The position numbers and the translations under genes are program-made. The notes below the pieces were generated by a model. That model saw nothing but the letters and a program-made list of their open reading frames with translations, was not told where the DNA came from and made no database searches. Of a DNA stretch of 64,000 nucleotides, positions 1-14,338 are shown piece by piece. Each line of letters starts with the position of its first letter. Position 1 is the stretch's first letter. This DNA is from Camelus dromedarius (Eukaryota), in the NCBI RefSeq assembly GCF_036321535.1, contig NC_087437.1:40116001-40180000 (forward strand), given 5' to 3'.

Positions 1-453
1 TTCATGGACTCAGTAATTTAGACCCTGGCCCCTCCTTAGAAAGGTAGAGCTCTTTCTTCACCCCCAGCCATTTTACCCAATATGTCCCTTCTCCTTACCA
101 GGAGTTCTTAGGGAACAGCAATGGCTAGACCCACCCCGTTAACTGCAATTAATATCACTCTGATCATTTACAGGGACACACATACAGAGACAAGGAGACA
201 GAGTGAACAATGCGAGGCAGTGATCTCTAGGAGGCAATTGGATTTCCAGGCAAGCCCAGAGGCAGAGGCATCCAGAACTCCTGGAGAAGCTGTGCTGGAG
301 TTTCTGGCATCCAGTCCCAAGCATGTTGAGAAGATAGTAGGGACGCCATATGCTTTGCTAGGTTAGTACTGTGCTATGGGAGGGCATTTCTTCTAGTTGT
401 TATGTAAAACATCCAAGCCTGCTTCCCTGGTCCTCCCAGAGATCTATAAACTG

Positions 454-985
454 TCTTTTCTTTTCTTTTTTTAATTGAAGTATAATTGACTTATATTAGT
501 TTCAGGTCTCCAACCTGGTAATTCGATATTTTTATAGAATATACTCTATATACAGTTACTATAAAATACTAACTATATTCCCTGTTCTGTACATTACATC
601 CTTGTAACTTATTTTTTACCTAGTAGTTTGCACCTCTTAACCCCCTTTCCCTATCTTGCCCCTCCTCCACCCTTTCCCTCTGGTAACCAGTAGTTTGTTC
701 TCAGTATCTGTGAGCCTCTTTCTGTTTTGTTATATTTGTTCATTTGTATTATATTTGCTCATCTGTTCATAATTATTATTTGTATTATTTTTCTGTTATT
801 TTTTAGATTCCACATATAAATGAAAACATATGGTATTTGTCTTTCTCTCTGACTTATTTCAGTTAGCATAATACTCTTTAGGTCCATCCATGTAGTTGCA
901 AATGGCAAAGTTTCATTCTTTATTATGGCTGAGTAATATCTACAACTTCTTTATCCATTCATCTTTTGATGGACACTTACGTTGT
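454..985 (-). mobile_element. L1 3' end (ORF2 C-terminus, 3' UTR, A-rich tail)
   Basis: T-rich tail followed by typical antisense L1 3' text (tttagattccacatataa...tggtatttgtctttctct...ggtccatccatgtagttgcaaatggc). Confidence 0.9.
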
Positions 986-1264
986 GATTAATATTCAGAA
1001 ATCTGTTGCATTTCTATACACAATAATGAGCTATCAGAAAGAGAAATCAAGAAAACAATCCCATTTACAATCAAATCAAAAAGAATAAAATACCTAGGAA
1101 TAAATTTAGCCAAGGAAGTGAAAGCCCTGTACTCTGAAAACTATAAGACATTGATGAAGGAAATTGAATATGATACAAATAAATGGAAAGATACCCCGTG
1201 TTCATGGATTGGAAGAATTAGTATTGTTAAATTGTTCATACTACCCAAACCAATCTATAGATTT
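986..1264 (+). mobile_element. L1 ORF2 internal fragment, inverted relative to the adjacent 3' end
   Basis: cagaaatctgttgcatttctatac...aaatacctaggaataaattt...tgttcatggattggaagaatt (encodes the PCSWIGRI motif of L1 ORF2). Confidence 0.9.
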
Positions 1265-4199
1265 AATTAAATGTTTCTGCATAAACTAGCCAGAGTGAAT
1301 TTTTTTTTATCTGGAATTAAGAACATTGAATTTACTATCTTTCAACTTTTTGTGATCTTTGAATCATTCAGAAAATCCTAAAGCTGTAGATTGTTTATTT
1401 AATTTTTGACAGAAAGTACTATTAATATTGAAGATCTACCAGAAGCCCTACTATTGTATTAGAAAATTAGCAAGAACCATGCAGTAATGTTAAAAACAAT
1501 GACCAACAAATCAGAAATGATGTATGCATATTTACTCTCACGAAGAGCTTTAACATTAATATTAATAATGTAAAATAATAAAAGTATCATTATTGATGAT
1601 GAAAGGCGTTAATTGTCAAAACACAAATTTATGATTGACTTTAAAAGTTTCATCTTTATCTCTTCTGACATTTCCATTTGGGGGGAAACGCGTTATAAGG
1701 GATATATTTTACAGTAATACACATATGTAATTTTTGAATATTTATTTTGGAAATACATGGCAAAATCTTTTTACTGATTAGTATGCATGACAAAAAAAAT
1801 TTGGAAACCACTGCTGTGAATTCAAAGTATTAATTCTCAAAGAGGCCTTAAAAAACATCTAATCTAGCAGTTTGTGAAATGTTTTGATAGTAGAAATCTT
1901 TCAGTAGAGAAAACTCCAATACCTAAAACAGTATTCTTGGTAGGGTCCCCCATCTACTCCTTTCCTGAAGGGTCCAGAAAAGCACTATTTGCAAACCTTT
2001 GATATGCTAGACCTCTCTCTTTTTACAGATTAGAAAACCAAAGGAAAGGAAATGTCTTAACCGAAATGACTTTTCTATTTGTTGGCTGAACCTGCTTTTC
2101 CTGAATCTCTTTTTGCCCAAAGGTCTTTCTACCATGTTATATTATTTCATTGAAATGCTAGATTTGAGGGAGCCTTGTGATTCTTTCTGCTTTGTTTCTT
2201 TAATGGTTCTGAGATGTTGAGAGATGCTTGCCAACCTGAGTTGTGAGAGTATCCCAGAAGCTGGAGGGAAGTGTTGGAGAGCCCCTACCCACCACATCGC
2301 CCTCACTCACACTGCCTTGCAAGGCTTATCATATAAAAAACATTTTTAATGAGTTCACTGTGCCTTTTGTTTCTGCTTCTTTTTGCCTGTTGGCTTTAGT
2401 CAAAAGAATCTGGATTGGAAGCCCAGCCAAACATTTTTCAAAGGATCCAATCACAGTCATGCTGTCATCAGATAGAAATATAGCATCACCCGAACCTCTG
2501 CGTCTCTTGTTCACACATGTGGATTCTAACCAGCAAAGGAATAAGCTACAGTGACTACAAGCAAATATCTCTGAACTTCACTGAGACTGATAACAATGGC
2601 AATAAAAATAGTCTTTCCCATGACGAACACTACCAGTAAGTCAACAGTTAAAAAGGGATAGTTTTAAGAGTAACCAATGCATTAGCTCTTGTCAATGAGA
2701 TTCCTTTTGGCATTAATATATTCTGAGGATTAAGTTAAACCAAATGTTTGTAACAAAGGAAATGTAGTCATGTTAACAGTTAGGATTATCATCCCAGTGA
2801 ATATTTACTGTAGTTATATTCAAATTTACCCTTTAGTTTACCCCTCTGGAGACTGATCATTTTCATTTCTTTTTGATAAATTCTATTTTAGATTAAAACC
2901 AACAGAAAGCATCCTTTAACATTTTAAAAGCCTCACAGTTTATTTTCTTATAAAATGTTTATACTTTTTTTTCCGTCGAGCTGCTGCTCACCCTACTGCC
3001 TTCACAGTTATGGGACTGAGCAGTGAAAGCCCTGCTTAAGAAAGCTCTGTGAGTTCTTTGGCTACATTTGACTTTACTTGGTGCTCCTAACTATCAGGCT
3101 CACCCATAGCTGAACACTACATGGCATCTTTCCTGAGTTCTCTTTGATTTCACATCTGTTTTCTGCCACTTGGTTATTTCACAGCCACACAGGTAAGAGG
3201 CTCAGTGCTGAGTCTGTAACCTAGGTGCTTACCTCTCTGGTTCCTGTACCTAGAAGGATTCAGTGCAGAAGGGCCCATCCATATGTGACCTTACATGAAG
3301 CTAGCCTTCTGCTGGCTCTTGGGGTGACCCTGGCCAACTCCTGGGTGCAAAGTTCAACAAGACAAGGAACCAGGGTTGTGTATCACAAAAGCACTTTGCT
3401 ATTTATAGGACTGTTTCTGAAACTCTTCCGTCATGATATTTTTGTTTAGTATTTTAAAAATTCTTTTAATCTTATTAAGCCATAAGTGACACCTTGTCAT
3501 GTTTTTAATCTGTAAAATGGGTAGAAGAGGGTGATTGGGAATTTGCACTTTGGGTGGCTTTGCTATTGTTTTCTTTTATCACTTTTGACCATACACACAC
3601 AAGGGTGATATTTATTCCTCCACATTGAAAGAGAGGAGAGGTCTCATGAACCACCTCAGAGCACCTGTGACTAGGATGCTTTGAGAGGGTCCTCACAGGG
3701 CTGGGCCACGCTGGTAGGAGGGTCGTTCACTCTCTCAGGCTGTCTCACCACTGCAAGCTTAGAGAGCCCCGGGGTCCATGTTTGCAACAATGGAAACGTA
3801 CTCACATTAACAGCTGGGATTATCATCTCAGTTGATATCTACCGTAGTTACATTCAAATTTTCCCTCTTGGACACCAATCAGGGGAGGAGGAAACCCTTG
3901 TGCATTCCCAGATCACTCCCAGGCCACACACAACCAACAGTAGGTCTGTGGCCCCCCTCTATCTGCTAACCACTCAGTCCTCAAGCATGAACTGATGGTC
4001 CATCTTCCTGTGACATGGTGGTTCTTAATCAGAGTTGCACCTAAATCACCTACAAAGCTCTTTTAAAACACTCATGCTGAAGTTCCAATCCCAAACAATG
4101 AAATGAGAAACTTTAGAAGTGGGGCATGAACAACCCTATGTGTTAAGAGCTTCCCAGATGACTCCCACTTACTTACACAAGTACCCTCTTCACAATAAG

Positions 4200-5810
4200 T
4201 TTTTGCCCTCATAGAGATACTTGCTCGGTCAATCCAACTGCTTTTTTACCATTCATCACCATGTCCTGGTATCCAGATTCCCATGGTCCATCATTATAAT
4301 CATGGGCCAACACTTGGTCTTCCCCACCCCACCCCCATCATGTTCACGTGGTGAAGTCCCCTAACACCAGTACACTCACTGCTACAACTACTCCATGTCT
4401 GGACTAGACCTCCAGAAGATTCCTAGGGAAAAACATGTAACCAACCATGTTGGTTGTTTTAACTGTAAGTCCGTGATCACAAATCTGAGTTGGGCACACA
4501 GCACAGTTCAGAAACTATTATGTTTTCAGATTTTCAGTTCCCCCTCAACATCTTCTATTCTCTCCCCCAAATCTCCTATATTCCCTTCCCCTCCCCACCA
4601 TTCTTGGCTGATGACATTGCATCATAATTCATTGGGAAAATGCAGGTATCATAGGGAATTCCTCATTTTCCAACCTCCAAATCTACAAAATCACCCACAC
4701 CCATAGTCACACTCTTTCTACCCTCCCTCTCTTGGCTGTGGATGAAGTGATAGTGCTCCCCCCAAAGTTCAACCCTCCAGTTTTCTCTTGAGCTCTTCTT
4801 CTCTTGCCTTTTGAGGTACTTCATTCTTCCCTTTGTAGGAATGCATTGCCAACTTCTTCCCACAGTTTACAAATATGCTGCAGTATCTTCTATCTTAAAA
4901 CAGAACAAACCTTCCTGAACTCCACATTCATCTTGGCTATCACATCATATCACTGCTTCTCTTCAATTTAAAACTTTAAGAAGGTTGTCTTTGGTGTCTC
5001 TCCCCACTTCCTCAATAATCCAGTAAAAACATTATTAACAAATTCAGCTTCACTTTCCAAACAAATTTTCTGAGATATCTAAGAGGAACCTTAAACTTAA
5101 TATGTCCACAACTTTTTTCCTAACTCCACAAAATAATCTGGTCCTTCTCCAGTCTGCCCATTTCACTAAATGACAACATCATCCACTCAGTTCAAGCCCT
5201 GATTCTTCCCTTTCCCACATACCCTATGTGAAATTCATCAGGTTTTGTTGGCTGTTCTTCCAAAATATATCCTGAATCCACTCACCTCTCTCCGTTTCCT
5301 ATCACTCCAGTCTAATTGCCATCATTCTTCAATGAGACTTAACCCAACACCCTCCTGACAGTCCTACATCTCCTCTCTTACCTAACAGCATCCATTTTCT
5401 ACACAACAATGTATTTGTCTTTTAAAAACATAGATGAGATCAGGTCATGATCCACCAGCTTTCCACTTAGAATATATTCTAATTCTTTCCTAAGGCCTGT
5501 CTGATCTGACCCTTGCCTACTCATCAAACCTCATTTCAGATCAGCCCCGCTCAGCCACTCCCACCTTTGTTCCAGCATAGGGGGCTCCTGTACATTCCCT
5601 AGTCACTCTGTACTCGAGAAAAATCTTGAAGTCTTCATGTCTCGGTCTGCCTAAAACATTTACCTCCTAGAACTTCTGTTTTCCAGCTCCTTCTTAGCTT
5701 AGCTCAAAAGTCACTTCCTCTCCCTGACCATTCATTCTATAGCAGCCACCATCCAACCCATCACTTTTTACTATGTTACTTAGTTTTCTTTTCTTCATGG
5801 CACTTGTTCA
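4200..5810 (+). mobile_element. L2 LINE fragment
   Basis: ccttaaacttaatatgtcc; atcatccactcagtt; ttccaaaatatatcctgaatcc; tcacttcctc..cctgacc: pyrimidine-rich L2 3' region. Confidence 0.7.
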
Positions 5811-7104
5811 ACAAATGAAGTGATTTTAGTTGACATTTCAAGGATAGGTAGAGCAACTGTAAAAGATCATCTCTAGGGATTAGTTCAATAAGGAAAAGCC
5901 TTTGGGTGAGACAAATTCTGAGGAAGTCTAAAAACAATACCTCATCTTTAAGGGTAGTGCCTGGGTTGCACAGGTAAGTATTACTGGCTTTTTCAAATGT
6001 CCTTTGAAGAGGTTTGAAATTTGGTGAGTATAGTCACTAATTTAGCTCTAGCTCTAACATCTAGGGCTCTTTGACTAAGTCACATGGCCCAGAGAAATTT
6101 GAATTATATATTCCATGTTCTTCCAGCTCAACAAGAAGCCACCAACTCATGGGACTTCTTTCTTCTTTTTTGTGAATGTTTAACCCATCATCATCTATGA
6201 CTTGGAGTGATTTTAGTGATGATCTAAGTGTTCTGGTCCTTACTTCTCATAGTGTAAAAGCTCTTCTATGGTTAATTTAAGAAGTGACTATTTTTCCACT
6301 GAACTTCCTTTTAATAAAAGGACATTAATTTTGCCTCCTTCTGAGTAATAACACTACTTATGCTTTCAGAAACTAATTGGGAGATGCCCATTTTGAATTC
6401 TTTGAAGCTATTGATGAGTGAGAAATGCACATGTATAATCCTTTACTGTTAATGGGAGTTAAACAACAAACGTCTTATGGAATCAAGTTCTCTTCCCTGC
6501 TGTAATAATAGCTGGATATGTTTTTCTTTCTTTTTGACTTCAGAAATTCTGGAATCAGTGTTCAGCCAACAGTAATCACTGCTCATTACAATAATCATCA
6601 CCATCAGCCTGATCGGTCCCCTGGGGCACAAGTCAGGGTCTAAGGAAATGCATTTTTATCTAGGAGGATGATGAATTTTACCTGAGGCCCAGGGCAGCCT
6701 CTCAAGGAGGCAAATTTGATGACTAACACCGGCAGCTGTTAATATATTAAATTCCTAAGTCAAAATTATTGTTTTAAGTGTTTTCTGAGTGAAACCACAT
6801 TCAAAGGAATCTAAAATTTCAGTCTCATGTTGAAAAGTCTTTACAGGTCCCATGTACGAAATGGAAACAAGAACAAATGTGGATAAATGGCTAGAAGTTT
6901 ATTAAGCAAGGAAGGTAATTTCAGCACTAACCCATATTACTGAGAAGTGGAGACCAACCTCTGCTTCTCAGTTTGGGGGTTCCTTTAAAATGGCATGCAA
7001 TAGAATGGCTCAGGAGGAGGGTATAGGCTGGAGTGAGAGCAAACACCATAAGTGGTTAACAGAATAAAACCATAAAATCTCAGAGTTGAAACAGATTTAA
7101 GAGG

Positions 7105-7218
7105 TTTTTTTTGGGGGGGGGGGTGCGAGTAATTAGGTTTATTTATTTATTTAATAGGGGTACCAGGGACTGAACTCAGGACTCATGCACACTAAGCACA
7201 TACTCTACCACTGAATAC
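7105..7218 (-). mobile_element. tRNA-derived SINE, Vic-1-like (camelid)
   Basis: Reverse complement has TCAGTGGTAGAG..GCTTAG..GTCCTGAGTTCAGTCCCTGGTAC followed by AAATAAAT/CCTAATTAC/C-run/A-run tail. Confidence 0.8.
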
Positions 7219-8946
7219 CATTTTTAGCATTAGAGGAAATATTTACTATGTACCAAACATTAGGTATAGTCAGGGTTCAGAAATAAGGGCCTAGGCTCTA
7301 CCTTTGAGGAGATAGTAGTCTGAGCAGGACTATCAGTTAAGATGCAGGCGTATCAGAATGGCATTTAGCTACATCCAAATAAAAAATCCACTTACAGTGG
7401 CTTAACTAAACAGTGTAAGATTCTTCCCCAAATTAGAGCCAGAGATTGGCAATTCAGAGCCACCCAGGCTCTAGCTCCAAATATCTTCACCATCACTAAC
7501 ATAGGGCTTGTCTCTCCAGGCTGCCAGGGAGCAGGTTCATCTCGAGCCTTATGCCTCCTGACAGGAGGAAGGAAGAAGAAGAATGAAGAGGAGGGAAAAC
7601 AAGGCCTTTCCCAGAAATCTCTTTATCAGTGGACAAAGGACTCCGGTTTTGAAACTTTCCCAACCATATCCTACACCTCAGTTGTTTCTATTACACTTTT
7701 AATTCTACAGTGTTCCCTTTCCTCTTCCTCTGAGATAATTAATGTCTTTAAAACACCAAAACAAAGGGTTAAATTAGCCACAGTTTGCAATGAGTAGACA
7801 TGAGAGCCTGCAGCTATAATGAAAAATAGCATTTAAATTTTTGAACCTACATGAAGCCAATAAGCTGTCTGTAAGTCAAATTTAATTAATGTGCAGCATT
7901 TGTCTACTCAAAAAATGTATGAATAAATCTTCAAGGCCAAATTAGCATTTTAAAATATGAGTTGGCCAATACAATATGAGTTAGCATACAAGCAGAAGTA
8001 TTTCCATTTTAAATCAACATAAAGATTTACAAACTTAAAACAACATTTCTCGTATACAAATTTGGTCTTTCAGCTGCAACCATTATAAGAGAGATTTAGT
8101 GACCTGGTTTCAAAAGAACAGGAAAGGTTTTTAAAAATATCTTTTAAACCTATGTTAGTATTAATCCCTTAAACTGGAAGTAACCTTATTTTGAATATAC
8201 AGCTGTGGCTGTATATGTGGTTATCAACAGTTCAAAAATATCACCATTACATATTGATAGAAATATTACTCAAAATGGATAAGAAATCCAATTTTGAAGT
8301 ATGTTAAAAACAGATTTTTCTGAAAGAAGACATAGCAAACATAATCTGTAATAAACATTGTGAGATGTCTAGCCAACAACCATTCTTCCCTTTTCCCATT
8401 CTTATAGAACCTGGGTTGCTTATAGGTATGTGCTTTCCTTCCTTTGCCTTTTGCATCAGGGAGGTTGGTCCTACCTAAACCCTAGAAGATGAGTCCTGAT
8501 TGGTCTAAGACCATGATGATGGTCCAATTCCCCTCACAATGACTGATCTAGGCATGTGCTTGTGATACAAAGTGGAGAGATGGAGACAGCCTCAGTCTGA
8601 GACACTGTTGAGCCACTGATTAAATCAAGCCTGAAGTCACCATACTGTTCCTTTTATTTTCCTTAATAACTGGGAGCTGGGTTTTTTGTTACTTCCTGCC
8701 AAATGATCCTGTTATATAATTTTATTGCTTTTTTAACTATTAAAATATTGAGAGATTAAGAAAATTAATAGCAAAAATTATATAATTTTTAAAAAGTCAA
8801 ATACATTTCACATCTAGTAACTTACCTTCAGATACACTCATATCCCATGCAGAAAGACATATTAAAATTCAGGGTTGCTCACTGAAGGATTGTTTGTACT
8901 AGCAAAAGAGTGAAAATATACATGTCCTTAAGTAAGAAAGTGACTA

Positions 8947-9398
8947 AATAAAGAAGAATGAAATAATACCATTTGCATCAACATGTATGGACCTAGAGAT
9001 TATCATTTTAAGTGAAGTAAATGAGACAGAGAAAGACAAATATATGATATCACTTATACATGGAATCTTAAAAACTTATTTAAAAAACAGAAATAGACTC
9101 ACAGACATAGAAAACAAACTTATGGTTACAAAGGGGAAAGGGGGTAGGGATAAACTGGGAGCTTGGGATTAACAGATGCACACTACTATACATAAAATAG
9201 ACAAAAAGGACCTACTGTATAGCATGGGGAACTATATTCAATATCTTTTAATAACCTATAATAGAAAAGAATCTGAAGAGGAATAGATATATGTATAACT
9301 GAGTCACTTTGCTGTACACATGAAACTAACACAACATTGTAAATTAACTATTCTTCAATTTAAAAAAGACAGTATTTCTAAATAAATAAATAAATGTA
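8947..9398 (+). mobile_element. 5'-truncated L1 3' end with TSD
   Basis: ORF2 tail MDLEIIILSEV, L1 3' UTR and (TAAA)n tail; TSD TAAGAAAGTG(A/G)CTA at 8933-8946 and 9399-9412. Confidence 0.9.
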
Positions 9399-11779
9399 TA
9401 AGAAAGTGGCTATTTTTTAAAATGTATCATACTGTTGCCTCCTTGTGCCACTCCACTACCCCTCAGTGGGCCCATCCTCCTGGAAGTACAGATGGCTATC
9501 CAAGCAGTAGCTGCCCCAAATGCCACAATCCCAGGCCAGTTTACATAGATCACCAGGAGAGTCATCATTTTCTAGCCCAAGGTCCATCCTTGACAGCAAA
9601 GTCCATCATGATGACCAGGGGGACATGGCATGGTATGGCTTATTATCTTCAGTGACTTTGGCCAAAGTCTATTGCTAAACAAACCCTCAGTATTCCTACC
9701 AATATCACAAACATGCAGGCTCAAATTAACCTTTTTATACATTCTTCAACTTCTTTCCTGTTTCACTCCATCTTTTGTCTCAGCACAACCACTACCACTC
9801 CACCCTACTCTAGACATTTTCTGCAGGTAAATCTAGCTAGAACAAGAGCACGCTAGACCTCTAATGTCTATTTATTTCATTTTTGTGTGATTGTTCTCAA
9901 ATTATAATATGAGATGGGCACCAGCGTAAACAGGAATGATGCATGTACTGTTTGCATTTACCAAAATTTAATTCTTTTTGGTCAAACTCCCACTTTTGTA
10001 AACATGTTGAAGTTCCCCTCTCCTTGCTTTTTTATTTCATCTCAGAGTCCTGGTGACTTCTTATGTCCCTCTGATATCATTAACTTCACACATTCTATTT
10101 CTCATAACATATCAGTTAGGGTAGACTAATTGGCATGACAAAAAGCAAGTAATGGCTCCAACAATAGAATATTTATTTTTACTTCTAAAACAGTCCCAGT
10201 AGGGAATTTAAGCCAGTGCCTTGGGTCTCCTCCACATGGTAATTCAGGGACCCAAGCTTCTTCCAGACTGTGGCTCTGCCATTCTTTAGGGCATCATTAT
10301 CTGCATCCAGCCCGAGGAAAAGGAAAGAGAAAGAGGACCATGAGTGGGAGGGTTTTATCTGCTCAAGGGTATCTCTTCTGAAAGGTGGCTACACTCCATA
10401 TATCAAATTCTGGATCAAGTTCTTGTTTGGTAAACCAAGATATAGAACATCAAATTAGTTGTTGCAAATCAAATGTTTTCTGTTCCACATCTAATCAGGA
10501 GAGATGATCTTTCTTGAATTACCTTCTAAGCTAAGTTTAGTATGGACTTATTTAATATGTTTAAGAGCACAAACTTCTCAGGATAGATATTTAGAGCTAA
10601 TAATATAACTTACTTAAAGTGTGGACGGGTGACATTTTATTTAGACATTCTTCAGCTTGCACAAAATGAGTGAATAGAACCACATATTACTAACCTGAAA
10701 CAATTATTCTTCTAATTTTTTGACACTTATTAGTTTAACATCCCTATGGAACTACTTAATCATAGAAGATTAATCTTCCCCTGCAACACTCTCTACTACA
10801 TGAGGTTTTTTGGAAAAATAGAATCCTTTTATTCTTAAACCTAGGATTCAATCATTTTGTCTAGGCTGACTCGTTGGATAAGGCCACAGAGTCAGTCTGT
10901 GTGAATCACCCAGCTTGCATATTGTCCAAGATAAATTCTTTTCAGCAGTGCAGCCTATTCAATCAGCAGCCTCAAAAATACATAGGTCAAAGAGAAAATT
11001 GAATGAGAAGATGTTCATGGCTTATATATATAGTTCCACATATAACCACTAACAGAAAAGTAAGGCACACACACAAAAAGTCCTTCTGACACCTACTGGC
11101 AACATTTTTGGACACCAAAGGTGGTATGTTTAAAGCATGGCTTGTAAATCAATAAATCAACAACAATTAGGTGGGCCTGAATCATTATACACTAAAAAGA
11201 AGAATAATAGCAGGTGTTGTCATAAGAAAACCAGCTGGCTTGTTACCTAACTAACATGTGGGCATTGCCTTGGTGACATCACAGTCCTCAAAGGTGTGTA
11301 TGGTCCTTGGCTTTACAGATTCAAAAATTTGATCTCCACAGTGCACCAGAGTTAACAGGCTCAATGAGACTACTTCATGATAACCAAATACACAGGGGAC
11401 TGACATGTAAATCATAATGCAATTTTATTCATTTAAATAAAAAATATGACTACGACACACAAAAGAATGCTCATTTTGGTATGGCCCACACTTTCCCTGC
11501 AGGCAGTTAATATTTAAATCATATTATAACCAGAAGGTTGCTTGGTGAGCAGTGAGGAATTTGAACTAAGAGAGTTATTTGTATGATTCAAATATTTGAT
11601 GGCACTGGTTTTGATAGTCTAATTCAGTCATTTTCCATTTCTATTTTTATTTTATTAGCAGCAGGACACATTTTCAGGATAAAGTCTTACAAGGAACACA
11701 CATATATATATGTAGGTATATGGATACTTCTGCTCCCCTCTCTCTCTGCTCTGATTAAAACTCTGGTAGTCTACCCAGA

Positions 11780-12900
11780 GCCCCACGTGCTCAGCTGCTC
11801 CATAGTCTGGAAGGAGACTGGCAGAGGAGCCGGGAAGAGCATTCCAAGGAGGGAGCCAGCACTTGTAGAGGTACAGAACCGTGAAAGACTGTGGCACATT
11901 CTAACGAAGTGCAAGTGGTTCATTAAGAATGGAACAGTATCTGTGAGAGGATAGGAAGAGGAGGTAGTAAGACATCAGACTGAAGAGGTAAGTAAGAGAC
12001 AAATGATGAAGAAAAGGGCTTGCATGCTTTGCTAAATTATTTGAATCTTATACAGAAAGCTTTGAAAAGCCTCAAAAGGATTTTCAATGGAGCCATGCCA
12101 TGATCAGATTGCAATTTTAGAAATACCACTCTGGCTGAAAAATAGATAATTGGGTAAGTGGGAAGGGTACAATATAGGACAGTTAAAGGCCTGTATCACA
12201 TGCCACCAGGGCCTAACCCTAGAAATTTGGTGCATACCATCAGTCCTCCAACTGCCAGCACTTGCATTTCCACAACTGAGAGCTTTCTCTTGCTGCTGCA
12301 GCTCACTTTGTTGCCACACCTCCAAGTGTCAGAGAATTCATGCTCCAGCCACACCCTCAACCAGAGACTGAGGGCTGGCACCAATGGGATTAAGCTCCAG
12401 ATGCCCACATTGGCAGCCAGCTTGATAAAAGACCTTTTGGCTGCTTTCTCTTCCTTGTCGCACATCCCCATTCCCCTATCCTGTGTACTTCACCTCTGAA
12501 ATAAATTACTTGTTTTTATTTCAGTATCTGCTTCTGGAGAAACCCAGACTAAGACAAAGCCACTGTGGTAAAGGATGCTGAGGATCTGAACCAGGCAGGG
12601 AACATAGAGACAAAGGAAGTGGGCTGGAGATACGTTCAAAAGATGTTAAAACTAAATATGGAAGATATCAGGGAATTCCCAGATAACCTCTGGGTTTCCG
12701 ATTTGGGGAACTGGGGAGTGGCAATGCCACTCACCAAGTAAAAGAAAGGAGGTGAAGAAAAGGAGTTGAGGAAAGATGACAGGCTCAGAGTTGAATATGC
12801 TGAGTCTGAGACACCTGGGGAACAGCGAAATGGTGGTGAGAAGTTGGATGTTGGATGTACCAATTGGAGCTCAGAAGACTGGCCTGACAGAGATCTACAC
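11780..12900 (-). mobile_element. L2 fragments interrupted by an old LTR (~12200-12560)
   Basis: atgatcagattgcaattttagaaataccactctggctg; gttgaatatgctgagtctgagacacctg; the LTR piece ends aataaattacttg...ctgcttctggagaaacccagactaagaca. Confidence 0.6.
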
Positions 12901-14154
12901 TTGATACAATGGACTTTTACCTTTTTGTGCTCAGTATCTAAATCTCCTTCCCATTGGGGGAAAATATAAAAGGAATGAAGGCAGGGCCCCCTCCTACCAT
13001 CAGAGTCATCAGCAAGGAAGCCGATTTCCATTCCCAGGCAGGGCACAGTCATGTGATCTAGCCTTGGCCAATCAGATGCTCTAACCCAGGATTTTTATAC
13101 CTCAAGGGGATGATGCACAGAGGCAAGGACAGTCTGACTATTCAGGGTGGATGTGGCAGAACTGAGAGTCCAGTGTTTCTGGGGGTGATGGCAGCAGCAA
13201 TGATGTACTCACTTCTCTAGTTTATGTGAGGTGACTTTAGGGGAGGGAGCCAAGAATAGGTGCTAGTTTACTATCGTCATAGGATCTACAAGTCAAATTC
13301 CATCTTTGTTTTTTTGAAAAAAAAAAGATAAATGTTCTTTTTCTTAAGATTGGAGGTAAGTATATGAATGCTTGTTTTATTTTTTGTTTGTTTTATTTTA
13401 AGCATTCCTATGCATTTAAAACACTCTTTTATATCTACATTTCACAATAAATTTTTCAAACAAACAAGGAAACATGATTTTTGAATGGAAGTAGCAATGT
13501 AAAAAATACGTTAAAGAATGAAAAGGATATAATATCTGGGATTTGCTTTGAAATAAGGGGTAAAAAGGAAGATTTACAAAATGTTGATAATTGTTGAAGC
13601 TGCAAAATGGGTATGGTGGTCTTTTGGAACATTCTCTTTATATTTTTACATACTTGAAAATCTGCCTAAGTATGAAGTAGAAGTATTTTGGACAGTATGA
13701 TGGGGTATGGAGGACAAATGAGAGAATGGGAGAGACTGGTGGCAGAAGGGTCTCCAGGGCTCACAAAAGCACTAACAGAGGAGGGCTCTCAGAAATAATC
13801 CAGAGGAAACCCAATGCCTCACACGTGAAATATGACCAAAACTCATATGTTGACTGACCTCTATCTAGAAATTCAGCCACTGATTGAAAATAGGATTAAA
13901 CCCTATTGAATCAGGAAAGTAAAGTCTGGAATATCTGAAGACTTGAGTCACCAACCACCCACAGTTCATTTTCAAGAAATTCAGACTCCTTAAATCTCAC
14001 ATTCCCCACTCATACTTGTGCCATCAGTGGCTCACAATTTTCTTTGGTAAACTCTGGCTATTTTCCCCTTCTTGGTAGCTATTATCACTCTGGCTATTAT
14101 TAATTCTACTTTTCTTCTCCTAAACCTGAGAAAAGCTTCTTCCCCAGATGTATT

Positions 14155-14157
<3 letters not shown>

Positions 14158-14189
<32 letters not shown>

Positions 14190-14338
14190 AGTAAAGGTAG
14201 ATTTATTCAGAGAGATACATTGAAAGGCAAGAGAAAGGCCACAAGGTGTGGGGGTTGAGTGCTCAGATTAAAAGTAGGTACACACTCCATAGACAGAGTG
14301 TGGACCATCTCTGAAGAGGGAGAGAGAGGGGGCAGCGG
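14158..14338 (-). mobile_element. Young polyadenylated retroposed insertion (~150 bp body, LTR-R-region-like) with perfect TSD
   Basis: T31 at 14158-14188; AATAAA on minus (14202-14207) 13 nt before the tail; identical flanks TTCCCCAGATGTATTTCT at 14140-14157 and 14339-14356. Confidence 0.9.

Noticed and set aside
8987..9172. 61-aa ORF MDLEIIILSEV...
   Set aside because: C-terminal remnant of L1 ORF2 running into the 3' UTR; not a gene.
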